Below, one piece after another: positions 10,522 through 21,564 of a stretch of DNA of 64,000 bases (position 1 is the first letter of the stretch; each line of letters starts with the position of its first letter). The position numbers and the translations under genes were made by a program. The notes beneath the pieces are model-generated. The model saw nothing but the letters and a program-made list of their open reading frames with translations. It did no database searches and was not told where the DNA came from. The stretch is from a bacterium (GTDB lineage: Bacteria; Electryoneota; JAOADG01), in the NCBI GenBank assembly GCA_963681965.1, contig OY820579.1, forward strand, positions 2,688,001 through 2,752,000, in the 5' to 3' direction.

Positions 10522-11209
10522 AACTTCAGTTCTGATCATTGAAGATGAAGCTCCTGTTCGGCGGTTTGTCCGGTCAGCTTTAATCGGAATGGACTTTGCT
10601 GTACTTGAGGCAGAAACTGGTCGCGAAGGCATCAATCTGATCATTTCCCATCGTCCGGATGTCGTGATTCTCGATCTAGGTCTTCCCGACATGGATGGAA
10701 TGGCTGTGATAAGAGAGGTAAGGGATTGGTCGCAAATACCAATCGTAATCCTTTCTGCCCGCGGTCAGGAAAAAGACAAAGTAACTGCATTGGATCACGG
10801 CGCTGACGACTATGTAACTAAGCCCTTCAGTGTCAATGAATTGATTTCGCGAATAAAGGTCGCAATCCGACATTCAGTTCGCGTCTCGTCAAATGAACCT
10901 ATATCCGAAACAAAGATTGTATCAGGAAATTTAACCATCGACTTGGAAGCACACCGTGTCTTTCGGAATGAAATCGAAATACACTTAACCAATATCGAAT
11001 ACCGGTTACTTGCGGCACTTGCTCGAAATCAAGGGAAAATCCTCACTCACCGGCAAATAATGAGGGATGTTTGGGACAAACATTCTTATGACGAGCAACA
11101 TGCATTGCGCGTTTATGTGGGAGCGCTTCGAAGAAAGATTGAACCAAATCCTGCATTGCCGGTTTTCATTATTACTGAGCAAGGAGTTGGTTATCGATTG
11201 TCCGATTGA
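10511..11209 (+). CDS. kdpE: Response regulator KdpE (OmpR family)
   Basis: LDLGLPDMDG, GADDYVTKPF and a winged helix ending TEQGVGYR; follows kdpD. Confidence 0.96.
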   Translation: MMSKTSVLIIEDEAPVRRFVRSALIGMDFAVLEAETGREGINLIISHRPDVVILDLGLPDMDGMAVIREVRDWSQIPIVILSARGQEKDKVTALDHGADDYVTKPFSVNELISRIKVAIRHSVRVSSNEPISETKIVSGNLTIDLEAHRVFRNEIEIHLTNIEYRLLAALARNQGKILTHRQIMRDVWDKHSYDEQHALRVYVGALRRKIEPNPALPVFIITEQGVGYRLSD

Positions 11210-11477
11210 ATTTTGTGACGAAGAATTATTATGTAAAAAAACGAGAATCGAAGAGTTACTAAAAATTATTATCGATGAAATTGAAATGGATTGATGCAAC
11301 TAGATGAATTATAATTTGGTGCGAAGTAATCTATCTGTGCAAAACAACATAGTGAACGTAATGCAAAGTACCTTTCCTGCATTAATGTTATTGATCGCAA
11401 CGATATTATCGAGTACTATCCACCTAGCTTATTCCGTAAAATATTTATATTGATTATAAAAATATATTGGGCAATAG

Positions 11478-11522
11478 AAAACCCCGTCATTACCCGGCGA
11501 ACCGTGATAATGACGGGGTTTT
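11478..11522. terminator. Intrinsic terminator, probably bidirectional, between kdpE and the giant surface protein gene
   Basis: 15-bp inverted repeat AAAACCCCGTCATTA / TAATGACGGGGTTTT. Confidence 0.75.
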
Positions 11523-11535
11523 ACGAATTGTGTTC

Positions 11536-14500
11536 TTACTTCAGCAAAACAACTTTCCGCTCCGTGGAAAAATGTCGACTTGATATCCGAAGGATGTATG
11601 TTCCGCTGGCTAATTGTCGACCATCGACTGCAATGTATCTGGCTTGTGATGTCAAATTTCCAGTAAACAATGTTTGAACCAATTGACCTGTTACAGAATA
11701 CAAAGCAACTTTCGCCTCACCTGCTTCCCGCAATTGCACTTTCACAGTCATTGTCGCATTAAATGGATTCGGATACGATTTTAGGAATGCGAATCCATTC
11801 GGCATTTCTGGATCGGTGTAGTGAGTATTGATTGACAATACTCGCAATACCGTTTGAATTCCCTCCAGACTTATTTCCGATAATCGGTACTGATATCGTT
11901 GATTGTAAACAATTCGGTTATCATTCCAACGGTATGTCAATTGCGTCGAACTGTTGCCATTTTGGGTGGTGATTCTGGCTATAGTTTCGTATTGTGTCGA
12001 ATCGGTCCGTCGTTCGATCAGAAATCCATTATTGTTCACTTCGGATTCAGTAATCCATAAAAGATTCACTCCAGTTGAAGATACATTTGCCGAAAACGAA
12101 GATAAATTAACTGGAAGAACACCACTATTTCCCAGCGTCCAGGTTGAGAAGTGATCGAGATGTTCAATCGTAAATTCCCATACACCTGGTGCCACTAGGA
12201 CTCGTCGCGTTGCAGGAACAAAATGCCAGGTATTACCGCCATCCAGTGAATATCCGGCATTAATTGGTGGCATTGCAGTCAATGGATCACCAATCCCACT
12301 CGGTAAATCCGCTGATGTGAATCGCAAGGTCAATGTCGCATCGGTGAATTGTTCCGACGAAGGGGTGATCTCCCACGTTCGACTTATGGTGTTTTCCGGC
12401 GGCGTCTGCAATGGATTTAAAGTCGGAGCAGAATAAACCACATTAACTGTTACCGATCCGGGATTACCATTGGAACCGGTTTGAGTTGGAAATACGATCT
12501 CAACTGGAGGTTGTCCACCAGTCGAGGGATCGGGTGGTGTTATCATAACAAATGGATGTTGACTTAAATCCGGATTCGGACTAGTTATTATCGGTGCGAT
12601 TGAATGGAGCGATAACTGCGCGCTCAAGATTCGCAGCGAATCACCAGCTCGTAAGTCAATTGCCCGAAATTTCCAAACACCGTTCGCTGGTTTTCCTACA
12701 AGCCTCGCAAAAGTGCAATAGGGTTTCCAAGTCCCAGTGAATGGGGGAGTAGCGGTAAGGATCGAGGAATCGGCGCTAGCTTTGAAAATCACGTCAGTAA
12801 AATTATCTCCGCTGCCGCCGCTTCTTGCAATGAGAGTATCGGTCGTTCCGTCCGGTGCGACCAGTGTGAACACAACATCACCAGTATAAGAATGAGAGGC
12901 ACTCAAGAAAAACTCAACATTCGAAACAACTTGAAATGATCCCAGATTCACATTGATTGGAATGGAAATTGTGTCCAGATCGACATATCGGCTTGGCAAC
13001 AAACCTGACGCTGGGGAATACACGGTTGAATTCGTTGTCCATGCCAAAGTCGATTGTGTCGCTACTGAGGAATACAATGAACGGATATTATTGGAATTTC
13101 GTGCTACCACATCGAATGAATAGCTGGTAGATGGGGATAATGCCAACACTGTTTTGGGACAATTCCAGGCAATTAATGTCTGCCAGACAGTATCAGTGCC
13201 CATTGTTCCAAGTGCTGTCAGGAAATGGTTGCCATTCACCCGAACTGCATATTGAGTCGAACTGGAATTTGGCGTTGAGAGATTATTCAGGATCGACAAA
13301 AATACTGTATTCGCCGTTGCGGCAGATACAAGCGGTTGAGCTGGAACCGCTGCCAAAGTTGTAAACGACAAGGATGCATAAGTTGTAGAGTAGACATAAG
13401 AATTCAACTCGTCGGTTGATTGATTTGGTTTTGCCGAAGCTCCGCTCTGAACGACCGATTTATGCCGTGTGCTGGTACTTTTCAGTGATTTCTCGAAGGA
13501 TTGATTGCCATCCGGTTGATCAGTTGAATCACCGTTGCCTAGATATCCACTGCTTAACAGTGTCGTAGCACTAGCCGCCGAATAGATCCGGATGTAATAA
13601 GTCTGATTAGGTATGAGGTTATTGATAACAGCATTATAGACGCTGCCTTGTTCTGCACTCGACGATGAAACAACTTGTACAATGGGTGTAGCGGTAGTAG
13701 GATCGAAGTTAGCAGCAAACGATGTCGGGGAAACGAAAATATGAAAGTAATCTTCGCTAATGGAACCATCGACCCAATCGAGTTGTACCGAAGTGGTCGC
13801 AACGTTCGATGCAACCAGTGTCGTGGGACTACCGGTGATACTTTCGAAAGTACCCTCATCGGCTCCGATATCGGGATTGCTGCTGTTTCTGGTTTCGCCA
13901 TCGATATCGACCGTTACACCAGTGATCAGCGTTCCATGATTACTTACCGGAGAATCGCTGAATTGAGTAACATGGAGATTTTGTGGATCGATCGTACTCA
14001 CGAGTTTTGGATTGGCTTGGATTGAGTGAAGATCGTGCGCAGGCGTAAATGCCGATTGCCAATCCGATAAATTCGTTTTCATCGTATTGCCAAACCGTCC
14101 GACACTACCGTTGGTGTTCGGCGAGTAGTAGAGGTTGTAATCGGAAACAAGTGTGGTTACATCCGAATAGATTGCCGCATGAACAGAAGACGATTGCGTC
14201 GCCGATGCATTCACGAAAATATTGTTCCGAACGGTATCAACCGAGGATTGAACCGAGAGACAGCGCGAGCTGTAAAGTGAACCGGAGCTGTTTAGATAGT
14301 CGGTTTTCAAGTAGACTGTGTTGTGGGCAAATAAACCAACAGCACTACTCGCAACAATTCCCCCTACATAATAACTCGACGACGACAGTGGGCTGGTGGA
14401 GGTCGATTTCGCCGCCAGATCATAGATCATATTGTTCGTGACGATTGCGCGAAAACTGGCACTGCTAGCATTCATGTGGATGCCGTATACAAATGCCGGT

Positions 14501-17500
14501 TGTTGATTGGGTGAGACCGATTTGATATTGTTGATGCGGCATCTCGTGACAGTAGTCGCTCCATAGCCGTAGACACTGCGAATCGCGTAAGCGTTGTTGG
14601 TGCTGCCACGAACAATCATATTGCGAACATCGACATCGTGAATGTTAAGCCCTTCCTGCTCGTAGGAATAAATACCGTAACACGTTCCCAACGCGTTTCC
14701 GATGGAATCGGCTACGGTCGGCCCACCAATCTGGAAGCGGTTGACATAATCGAGACCGGTTGTAGTGCTACCGATTTCGTTGCCAATATCTCGATAATTT
14801 AAACTGCTGTTGTCGGGCGAGAGCTGAATGCCATTTCCCGCCTGCGTGATTTTTAGGTTCAAGTATTTATTATAGCTGTTCGACAAGGATTGCGAATTTA
14901 TTGCGACAGAGTAACTGGTATAGATACCGGAAGATGCTTTACCTGCCCTTAATGTAATCTTGGCATTCTGAATCGTGTTGTAGATCGCACCGGCGGTGGA
15001 GGTATTGGTCAACCAATAACCATATTCGCAGAAATCGGTGCCAGTACTCTGATCGACGATATCGATTCCATCGAAGGTCACGTACTTGGATGCAACCAAT
15101 TTCACTGCCGCTTCTACACTTGAGGTTACCGGTGGAACGATGGTTACCGATCCACTCTCCTTACGGAAAATAATCGGTTTGGCAGCAGTGGATAGGGTTG
15201 TGTTCACCACAACTGCTTCGTTAAACACACCCGGACGGACCGACACTACCACTCCTCCGGTACTCAGCGGTAGATTACAAAGCGCGGTGTTTGCCTCGGC
15301 AAACGTCGTGAAGTTGGGATTGCTACCACCCAATGTAAGCGTGCCCGACAAGTAACTCGGTGCTCCGGTAAAATGAATTTTATAGGTGGTATCGTTCAAG
15401 TCCTGACTCGTGATGGTAACAGAATCCGTCTTCGTACCCCAGGTCTTCGGGTAAAATCGGACGATGAAATGCGCGGAGTCGTTTGCTGCAATCGTCGTGG
15501 GAAGCGAATCGACAAATGTGTAGGATGACGCTAACGTCGTGAATGCGAGTGTTGAAGAACAATTTCCAGTGTTAACAATGGTAAATGTTCTATCGAGATT
15601 CGTGTAGGGTGATACTGTACCATAGTCGCTGGTTCCATCGTTGACTACTTGTCGAACCGTGATATTCGGCATCAATCCGGTACCTGTCAGTTTAACGACA
15701 TACCGACCATTGGTCTGATCTTGCGTAGTGATCACCAGCGAATCGGTATAGGTGGCGTTCAGGGTCGGCGAAAAGCTGATTCGCACTGCTATTGAATCGT
15801 TTGCTGCGACAGTTGCAGCCGGAGTTCCAACAAATGTGTAACCCGTGTGCAATGCAGCATACGACAAAGTCGAAGCGGCTGTTCCACTGTTTTTTATATA
15901 AAATTCCAATTCGCTAGCGGATCCGGGTCTGCAACTGGTGAAGGTCGCAGTACTGCGGTTAGCATAACCATTAACTGCTACGATCGGAAAATTGCTGGTA
16001 GCGATTAATCTAAATGGGGCACTGAGATGAGTAGGATCGTTTGTCGACAATTGATACGTTATTGAATGATCACCGATGCCTAGCGAAGTGAAACGTACTG
16101 TGAAGGTTGTTTGCACACCATGCTGTATTATCGTTGGAGGTGTTCCAACATATTGAAAACCTCCACTGATTGCAGGATATACAATTGAGAGTGGTGCATT
16201 TCCGGTGTTGGCAATCAATAATGACCGATCAACCGATTGGCTCTCACCGACATTTCCAAAATCTGCTTGATTATTCAGGATCATAAAATTACTTCGTCCA
16301 CCAAAAGTACCTTCATCTGCGCCGATATCCGGTGCTTGAGCATGACGTGATTGCCCGTCAATGTCGGTTGAAATCCAACTAATCGGAAATCCACAGCTTT
16401 CGATACGGGTCGGATTAGCCGTTTCAAAATAGGCTATATGAAGATCGATGGGTGATTCGGTGTTCACAAAGTAAGGAGTACCGAAAGTAGAATTCAGATC
16501 CACATTGGGACTGAAAGAAGTCTGCCAACTCGACAAACTGTTACAATCGCCAGAAGGGCTATATCCGAAATAGCCACCGCGAGCGCTATTCGATAAATAG
16601 AAATTATTGTTATCTGAAACCAATTGAGTCACCGATCTGAATAGGCAGTAGTGGCGACTTCCGTTCCCATCGGAAGAAATATTCGCGAGGATATTGTTGT
16701 AAAGCGTGTCGTACGTTAGAAATGAACCGTTTCGCATCGTAATACACGCGCTCCCAGCGAGGGTATCGCGAGCGGCATACCGATCTTGTTTGATCAGAAT
16801 GGAATTGTTCGCAAAAGTACCGGAGGCCGAATAAGCAGCAATTCCGATTGCACACATACTGGATGTGGCAGTCGAGCGTTGCGACGAGGAGACGATATCC
16901 GAAATCATATTGTTGTAAATTTTGAATACTGGAATGTTTGTTGCCGTACCATATCCATTTAAAAAGATTCCCTGCACGACCATGTTATCGGTGTTTGAGG
17001 TAATATTGCGAATTCCGGTGATCCGGTTCCGATACACCGATGCAGTTCCGAAGTAGAATTGAAGAAGTAATCCAGTGGCATTGTACGAATCGGTGGTAAC
17101 GATATTCGAGATATCGATATCATGAATGGCTAAATCTTTTTGATAGCTGGTGTAGATACCGTAACCGGTTCCCGGACCACCGACCGTATCTGTACCACCG
17201 ATGGTGAGACGGTCGGCAAAACTAAGCGAAGGATTGGTGCTGCCAACTTCATTTCCCGCATCGCTGAGTGCCTCGTCGTTGTATCCACTCAGATAGATAC
17301 CGCTGCGGCAGTTAGTAATCTTCAAATTGTAAAACTTATTGTTGCTTTGCGTGCCGAGGGTAGAGGTCGGGTTAAATGAAAAGCGCGAGTAAACACCGTT
17401 CGAAGCATACTGTCGATGCAAAGCAATACGACAATTTTGAATGGTGATGTTTTGTGCGCCATTGGTTGCAGACGCATTGGTGAGCCAATAACCATACTCG

Positions 17501-20500
17501 ATAAAGTTGCTGCCGGAGCTGTTATCGGCAACATCGATCCCATCAAACGTCACCCAGTCGGTGCCATTCAGTTTAACTGCGGCTTCCGTTGCCGAGGTCG
17601 CGACGGGAGTTAGTGTAACCGTTCCGCTCTCTTTGCGGAATACAACTGGATTCATCTGACTGCAGTTGGGGATCGTATTGAGCGCAATCATTTCTGCGTA
17701 ACTGCCGGACCGAATATTGAAGGTCACACCTCCCGAACCGACACCGATCGAATTTAAGCCGAAAATAGCATCGGTAAAGTTGGTATAATCGGGATTGGTT
17801 CCACCGATAGTTTTTGTCCCGGAGATCGGAATACCGGTACCCGTCAAATAAATTTTATAAACCGGATTATGACCATCTTGAGTTGTGATCATAAGCGAAT
17901 CGCGAACAGCACCGGAGATTAATGGCTGATACCGCATTGTAAAGGTGGTCGATCCATAGGCGGCAACTTGTGTTGGAATTGCACCAATCAACGAAAATTG
18001 CGATGATGAACTGGCAAAACTTAGTGTCGAAGCGGAACTTCCAGTATTGTTTATGGTGAATGTTTGGCTATCTACCATACCGCCGATGAGTGAGCCGAAC
18101 GCATAGGTCGAGGAATCGCTGTAACCCGAGACTTGAATGGCTATACCTTGGCATTGTGCTCGCAGGTAGATCGTGTACACGGGGGTGCGAATATCTTGCG
18201 AACTGATCCGCAAAGTGGAAGCATGCGATCCATATGAGGTCGGGTGAAAGCGTACTTTCAGTGAATCACGACCACCTGCCGCGATCGACGAAGGAGGTGT
18301 TGAAAGGAAGCTGAAGTCATTGGTCAGCGCGTCGTAGGATAAAGTCGAAGGCTGATCGCCATCATTCTGTAAGTGAACCGTTACATCGCGATTATCTAGC
18401 AGATCAGTCGTCGCGAAAATTGTCGAGTCGCTGTTGGCGACATCCGCGAAAACGTGCGAATAGTGACAATTCCCCGTTACATAAATCTTATAGACCGGGT
18501 TGTGTCCATCCTGTGTCGTAATGACGATGGAATCACTAACGACGCCATAGGTTGTCGGCGTATAACGCACGGAAAAAGTGGTCGACCCGTTGTCCGCTAC
18601 AGTAGACGGATTGGTGCCGACGAATGTGAACTGACTATGCAGCGTGGCAAATGCCAATGTCGAGCTGGCATTGCCGCTATTTTGCAAAGTGAAATTGGCA
18701 GTACCCGCCGATCCGATGTTGACATCACCAAATGAATACGTCGAGGAGTCGGTATTATCGGTTACTTGGATCGCTACGCCTTGACAGAGTGCAGACAAAT
18801 GAATTGTATAAGAAGGTGCCGCAGGATCGTTCGAAGCAACGATGAGATCGCTGGAATGCGGTCCGTACGTTGTCGGTTGAAATCGAACCGTAACGGAATC
18901 GGAACTGTTTGCACCAAGTGTGGTCGGGCGTGAACCAGTATAACTGAAACCATCCGTCAGAGTAGAATAGTTTAAAGGAGTTGCGGTATTACCTAGATTT
19001 TGCAGATGAATTACGATGTTCCGACTATCATTGATATCGGTGGTCGGGAATCTACAGGTATCCCCATTCGAATAATCCGCACGAAGAATTGACAGATTTC
19101 CGCGACCAACCATTCGGATCGTGTATAGTGGTGTTACAGGATCTTGAGAGGTAATGCGGATCGATTCGAATGCGCTATCGCCGTTTGTAGGTGTAAATCG
19201 AACGGTAAATTGAACCGATGCGTTTCGCGCGATAGAGGTTGGACAAACACCCACATACGAATATGGCCCAGTCAAGGGAGCGAATGACAATGTAGAAGCG
19301 ACTGGACCTGTATTATTCAAAGTAAACGTACGAGTTGCACTGGAATTCACATTTACATTTCCGAAATTGAACCAACTACTGTCCGGTTGACTCGTAACAT
19401 TCAAGTCCGCTTGAACGCCCCAACCCCACACACTCAATTGATAAGGGGGCTCACCGGCATTCTGATTCCCAATCGAAACCGTAGCGGTTTGGTCGACACC
19501 ACCCACAATGGGAGTGAAGCGCACGGTGATGCTTGCCGAATCGTTCAATGGAATGGAAGTAGGTAGGCTACTAACAAAGCTGAATGGAGTCGTAAGTTGT
19601 GAGAACGTTAGATTTGCCGGTCCAGAATCGCCAATATTGACGAGTTTGAACGTATGGTCGACGGGATGAAGATAGTCGGTCGTGGGAAATGAATATAGGT
19701 TACCACTACCACGTTCAGTGGTCGTTATTTTCGCGCCTCCGGTAAACGTGCCTTCGTCAAAACCGATATCGGGATGAATGGTTGAACGAGTATCACCATC
19801 GATATCATGTGTTATTTCAGGAATGGGGAGCCCAGCATTACTAACAATCGAGTGCATGTTGGTTTGAATGTGACGATTATCGGAACTCACAAAGTATGGA
19901 TTGCCACTGATCGAATGTTGTTCATAAACCGTTTGATTTTGTAATGCAGCCATCGAATAGTATTCTACATCATTACTTTTTAGAAATCTACCCCCATTCG
20001 GGATATCGTAACAGTTGTAATCAGAGAAAAAGCTGCCGTAACTAGTCGTTCCATTTGTGATTACATAACCCTCGGACAAAGTATTCGTTAAAATATTGTT
20101 ATAAATGCGGATGTGGGCATTACTTGCTCCAATGTAGATATTTGAAGCGTATCTGCCGCCGAGATAATTGTTCGCATAAATTGAATTATAACAAATTTTG
20201 AGTGTCATTCGACATGCAACACCATAGACGACGATGCCACCATGCGGTAAGTAAGCGCTAAGTTCAGGATACAACTCCAACGGCATAACAGTAGTAGGGG
20301 AGAAATTATAAATAGAATTATTATCTACGAAAACCTGCGCTGTTTCATCACCTCCGCTGAACCAAATCATTGCAATCAATTTACTACTCAATGAGTGATG
20401 GAAATTTGAGATTCGATTACGAGATATGTAATTTTCCCGTCCATAAATACTTCCGACACGTATTCCGAACAGATGTCCATCGGAAGTGCCATTCGATATT

Positions 20501-21330
20501 TCACAATCGTGAATCCGAATATTTTGCTGGTTAGTAAAATGTATTCCTCCACTAGTTGCGCCATCAACATGACCAATCCCGTAATATCGTCCCAGTCTCA
20601 ACCGGTTGATCGCGTTGATGTCTGTGGATGTAGAACCAATTTCATTGTCTTGTGATCGAAAATTTGAATTGGAACAACTCATCGAAAACAATGCGATCGC
20701 AGTACCCGCTCGATCGATGTTGCAATCCAAAATCGAATTGTAGCTATTAGCACCCTCGACACTGGTAGGAGTATATACTTCGTCAGCATAAACACCGTAG
20801 GTCGGAACACCGACTGTATTTGTACATCTGCCATTCAGGATCGAACAATTCCGGATAATATTGTATTGGCAGCCATTGGTCGGGGATACTTGGCACAACC
20901 AAATTGCATACCTGACACTAGTAAAATTAACGCCGTCCAATCCGGCAGTAATGCTAAGTGAGTCGAGCGTGATGTAGTCCGCGCCATTCAACTTAACGAT
21001 GGATAGGTTTCCATTATCGATGTATGGATATTGGATGTTGACAATCCCAGAACCGCGTAGTGTGATGCGATTGGTTGCCGATGCTCCGACCACAGCATTG
21101 ATCTGAATCGGCCAAGTCTCGTTCGAATACGTCCCGGGAGCAGCCGTGATCGTTACTGGTCCACTAACACCTTGCGTGTTCAGGGCGTTTACAGCCGCAG
21201 TAAAGTTCAGAAAATTCGTCGAACTGGCAGCCAATGATGGATCGATCGTATAGTTGCCCGAAAGTTGCGCAAACACTGCTAGCGGAAGCAGTGCAACCAT
21301 TATTACGAATAGTAGAAGATTAGGGCGCAT
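11536..21330 (-). CDS. Giant secreted surface protein (~3264 aa): 3 parallel beta-helix modules, ~9 choice-of-anchor-D/ASH Ig repeats, FN3, proprotein-convertase P domain, T9SS type-A CTD
   Basis: ATG at 21330 follows AGGAG and gives signal peptide MRPNLLLFVIMVALLPLAVFA. The module ending DIDG..R....PDIG.DEG occurs three times; repeated N.G...S.L.....F.VRF.P units; HSYTGDVVFTLVAPDG (P domain); LPVNLSSF then SYPNPFN...LASGTYILR...KVVLLK. Confidence 0.88.
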   Translation of the reverse strand: MRPNLLLFVIMVALLPLAVFAQLSGNYTIDPSLAASSTNFLNFTAAVNALNTQGVSGPVTITAAPGTYSNETWPIQINAVVGASATNRITLRGSGIVNIQYPYIDNGNLSIVKLNGADYITLDSLSITAGLDGVNFTSVRYAIWLCQVSPTNGCQYNIIRNCSILNGRCTNTVGVPTYGVYADEVYTPTSVEGANSYNSILDCNIDRAGTAIALFSMSCSNSNFRSQDNEIGSTSTDINAINRLRLGRYYGIGHVDGATSGGIHFTNQQNIRIHDCEISNGTSDGHLFGIRVGSIYGRENYISRNRISNFHHSLSSKLIAMIWFSGGDETAQVFVDNNSIYNFSPTTVMPLELYPELSAYLPHGGIVVYGVACRMTLKICYNSIYANNYLGGRYASNIYIGASNAHIRIYNNILTNTLSEGYVITNGTTSYGSFFSDYNCYDIPNGGRFLKSNDVEYYSMAALQNQTVYEQHSISGNPYFVSSDNRHIQTNMHSIVSNAGLPIPEITHDIDGDTRSTIHPDIGFDEGTFTGGAKITTTERGSGNLYSFPTTDYLHPVDHTFKLVNIGDSGPANLTFSQLTTPFSFVSSLPTSIPLNDSASITVRFTPIVGGVDQTATVSIGNQNAGEPPYQLSVWGWGVQADLNVTSQPDSSWFNFGNVNVNSSATRTFTLNNTGPVASTLSFAPLTGPYSYVGVCPTSIARNASVQFTVRFTPTNGDSAFESIRITSQDPVTPLYTIRMVGRGNLSILRADYSNGDTCRFPTTDINDSRNIVIHLQNLGNTATPLNYSTLTDGFSYTGSRPTTLGANSSDSVTVRFQPTTYGPHSSDLIVASNDPAAPSYTIHLSALCQGVAIQVTDNTDSSTYSFGDVNIGSAGTANFTLQNSGNASSTLAFATLHSQFTFVGTNPSTVADNGSTTFSVRYTPTTYGVVSDSIVITTQDGHNPVYKIYVTGNCHYSHVFADVANSDSTIFATTDLLDNRDVTVHLQNDGDQPSTLSYDALTNDFSFLSTPPSSIAAGGRDSLKVRFHPTSYGSHASTLRISSQDIRTPVYTIYLRAQCQGIAIQVSGYSDSSTYAFGSLIGGMVDSQTFTINNTGSSASTLSFASSSSQFSLIGAIPTQVAAYGSTTFTMRYQPLISGAVRDSLMITTQDGHNPVYKIYLTGTGIPISGTKTIGGTNPDYTNFTDAIFGLNSIGVGSGGVTFNIRSGSYAEMIALNTIPNCSQMNPVVFRKESGTVTLTPVATSATEAAVKLNGTDWVTFDGIDVADNSSGSNFIEYGYWLTNASATNGAQNITIQNCRIALHRQYASNGVYSRFSFNPTSTLGTQSNNKFYNLKITNCRSGIYLSGYNDEALSDAGNEVGSTNPSLSFADRLTIGGTDTVGGPGTGYGIYTSYQKDLAIHDIDISNIVTTDSYNATGLLLQFYFGTASVYRNRITGIRNITSNTDNMVVQGIFLNGYGTATNIPVFKIYNNMISDIVSSSQRSTATSSMCAIGIAAYSASGTFANNSILIKQDRYAARDTLAGSACITMRNGSFLTYDTLYNNILANISSDGNGSRHYCLFRSVTQLVSDNNNFYLSNSARGGYFGYSPSGDCNSLSSWQTSFSPNVDLNSTFGTPYFVNTESPIDLHIAYFETANPTRIESCGFPISWISTDIDGQSRHAQAPDIGADEGTFGGRSNFMILNNQADFGNVGESQSVDRSLLIANTGNAPLSIVYPAISGGFQYVGTPPTIIQHGVQTTFTVRFTSLGIGDHSITYQLSTNDPTHLSAPFRLIATSNFPIVAVNGYANRSTATFTSCRPGSASELEFYIKNSGTAASTLSYAALHTGYTFVGTPAATVAANDSIAVRISFSPTLNATYTDSLVITTQDQTNGRYVVKLTGTGLMPNITVRQVVNDGTSDYGTVSPYTNLDRTFTIVNTGNCSSTLAFTTLASSYTFVDSLPTTIAANDSAHFIVRFYPKTWGTKTDSVTITSQDLNDTTYKIHFTGAPSYLSGTLTLGGSNPNFTTFAEANTALCNLPLSTGGVVVSVRPGVFNEAVVVNTTLSTAAKPIIFRKESGSVTIVPPVTSSVEAAVKLVASKYVTFDGIDIVDQSTGTDFCEYGYWLTNTSTAGAIYNTIQNAKITLRAGKASSGIYTSYSVAINSQSLSNSYNKYLNLKITQAGNGIQLSPDNSSLNYRDIGNEIGSTTTGLDYVNRFQIGGPTVADSIGNALGTCYGIYSYEQEGLNIHDVDVRNMIVRGSTNNAYAIRSVYGYGATTVTRCRINNIKSVSPNQQPAFVYGIHMNASSASFRAIVTNNMIYDLAAKSTSTSPLSSSSYYVGGIVASSAVGLFAHNTVYLKTDYLNSSGSLYSSRCLSVQSSVDTVRNNIFVNASATQSSSVHAAIYSDVTTLVSDYNLYYSPNTNGSVGRFGNTMKTNLSDWQSAFTPAHDLHSIQANPKLVSTIDPQNLHVTQFSDSPVSNHGTLITGVTVDIDGETRNSSNPDIGADEGTFESITGSPTTLVASNVATTSVQLDWVDGSISEDYFHIFVSPTSFAANFDPTTATPIVQVVSSSSAEQGSVYNAVINNLIPNQTYYIRIYSAASATTLLSSGYLGNGDSTDQPDGNQSFEKSLKSTSTRHKSVVQSGASAKPNQSTDELNSYVYSTTYASLSFTTLAAVPAQPLVSAATANTVFLSILNNLSTPNSSSTQYAVRVNGNHFLTALGTMGTDTVWQTLIAWNCPKTVLALSPSTSYSFDVVARNSNNIRSLYSSVATQSTLAWTTNSTVYSPASGLLPSRYVDLDTISIPINVNLGSFQVVSNVEFFLSASHSYTGDVVFTLVAPDGTTDTLIARSGGSGDNFTDVIFKASADSSILTATPPFTGTWKPYCTFARLVGKPANGVWKFRAIDLRAGDSLRILSAQLSLHSIAPIITSPNPDLSQHPFVMITPPDPSTGGQPPVEIVFPTQTGSNGNPGSVTVNVVYSAPTLNPLQTPPENTISRTWEITPSSEQFTDATLTLRFTSADLPSGIGDPLTAMPPINAGYSLDGGNTWHFVPATRRVLVAPGVWEFTIEHLDHFSTWTLGNSGVLPVNLSSFSANVSSTGVNLLWITESEVNNNGFLIERRTDSTQYETIARITTQNGNSSTQLTYRWNDNRIVYNQRYQYRLSEISLEGIQTVLRVLSINTHYTDPEMPNGFAFLKSYPNPFNATMTVKVQLREAGEAKVALYSVTGQLVQTLFTGNLTSQARYIAVDGRQLASGTYILRISSRHFSTERKVVLLK

Positions 21331-21419
21331 AAAATAATTCTCCTGATATTTCTTGTATGATTCTAAGTGTACAGTAGAAATTTGGGGACAGATCTCTGAT
21401 AGAAGAAATTTTTGACAAA

Positions 21420-21449
21420 TTTGTGCGAGTCTTTGCGCGTTTTGTGCGA
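21420..21449 (-). promoter_or_regulatory. Direct repeat TTTGTGCGA with 21-bp period upstream of the giant gene; candidate AraC-type binding site
   Basis: Perfect 9-mers at 21420-21428 and 21441-21449, with a degenerate copy at 21432-21440; the neighbouring gene carries an AraC domain. Confidence 0.45.
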
Positions 21450-21564
21450 ACGACTCCACAAGTACTAGCAATATCTAGAGTAATATGCTATTTAAAGGGA
21501 CGATTTGAAGCGCTTTGGGTCGAAAATATGGCGATCGAGCAGAAGAAAATGAATGTACCCGATT

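Noticed and set aside
3569-10992. Many antisense and alternate-frame ORFs over kdp (likewise over the GH, qNor, S8 and RND genes)
   Set aside because: They are shadow ORFs of well-conserved genes, with no recognisable motifs.
11067-11294. 75-aa ORF overlapping the end of kdpE
   Set aside because: It mostly overlaps kdpE in another frame and shows no motif or RBS.
21331-21471. 47-aa N-terminal extension of the giant ORF given in the ORF track
   Set aside because: The ATG at 21330 has an AGGAG RBS and starts a clean signal peptide; the extension covers the promoter repeats.
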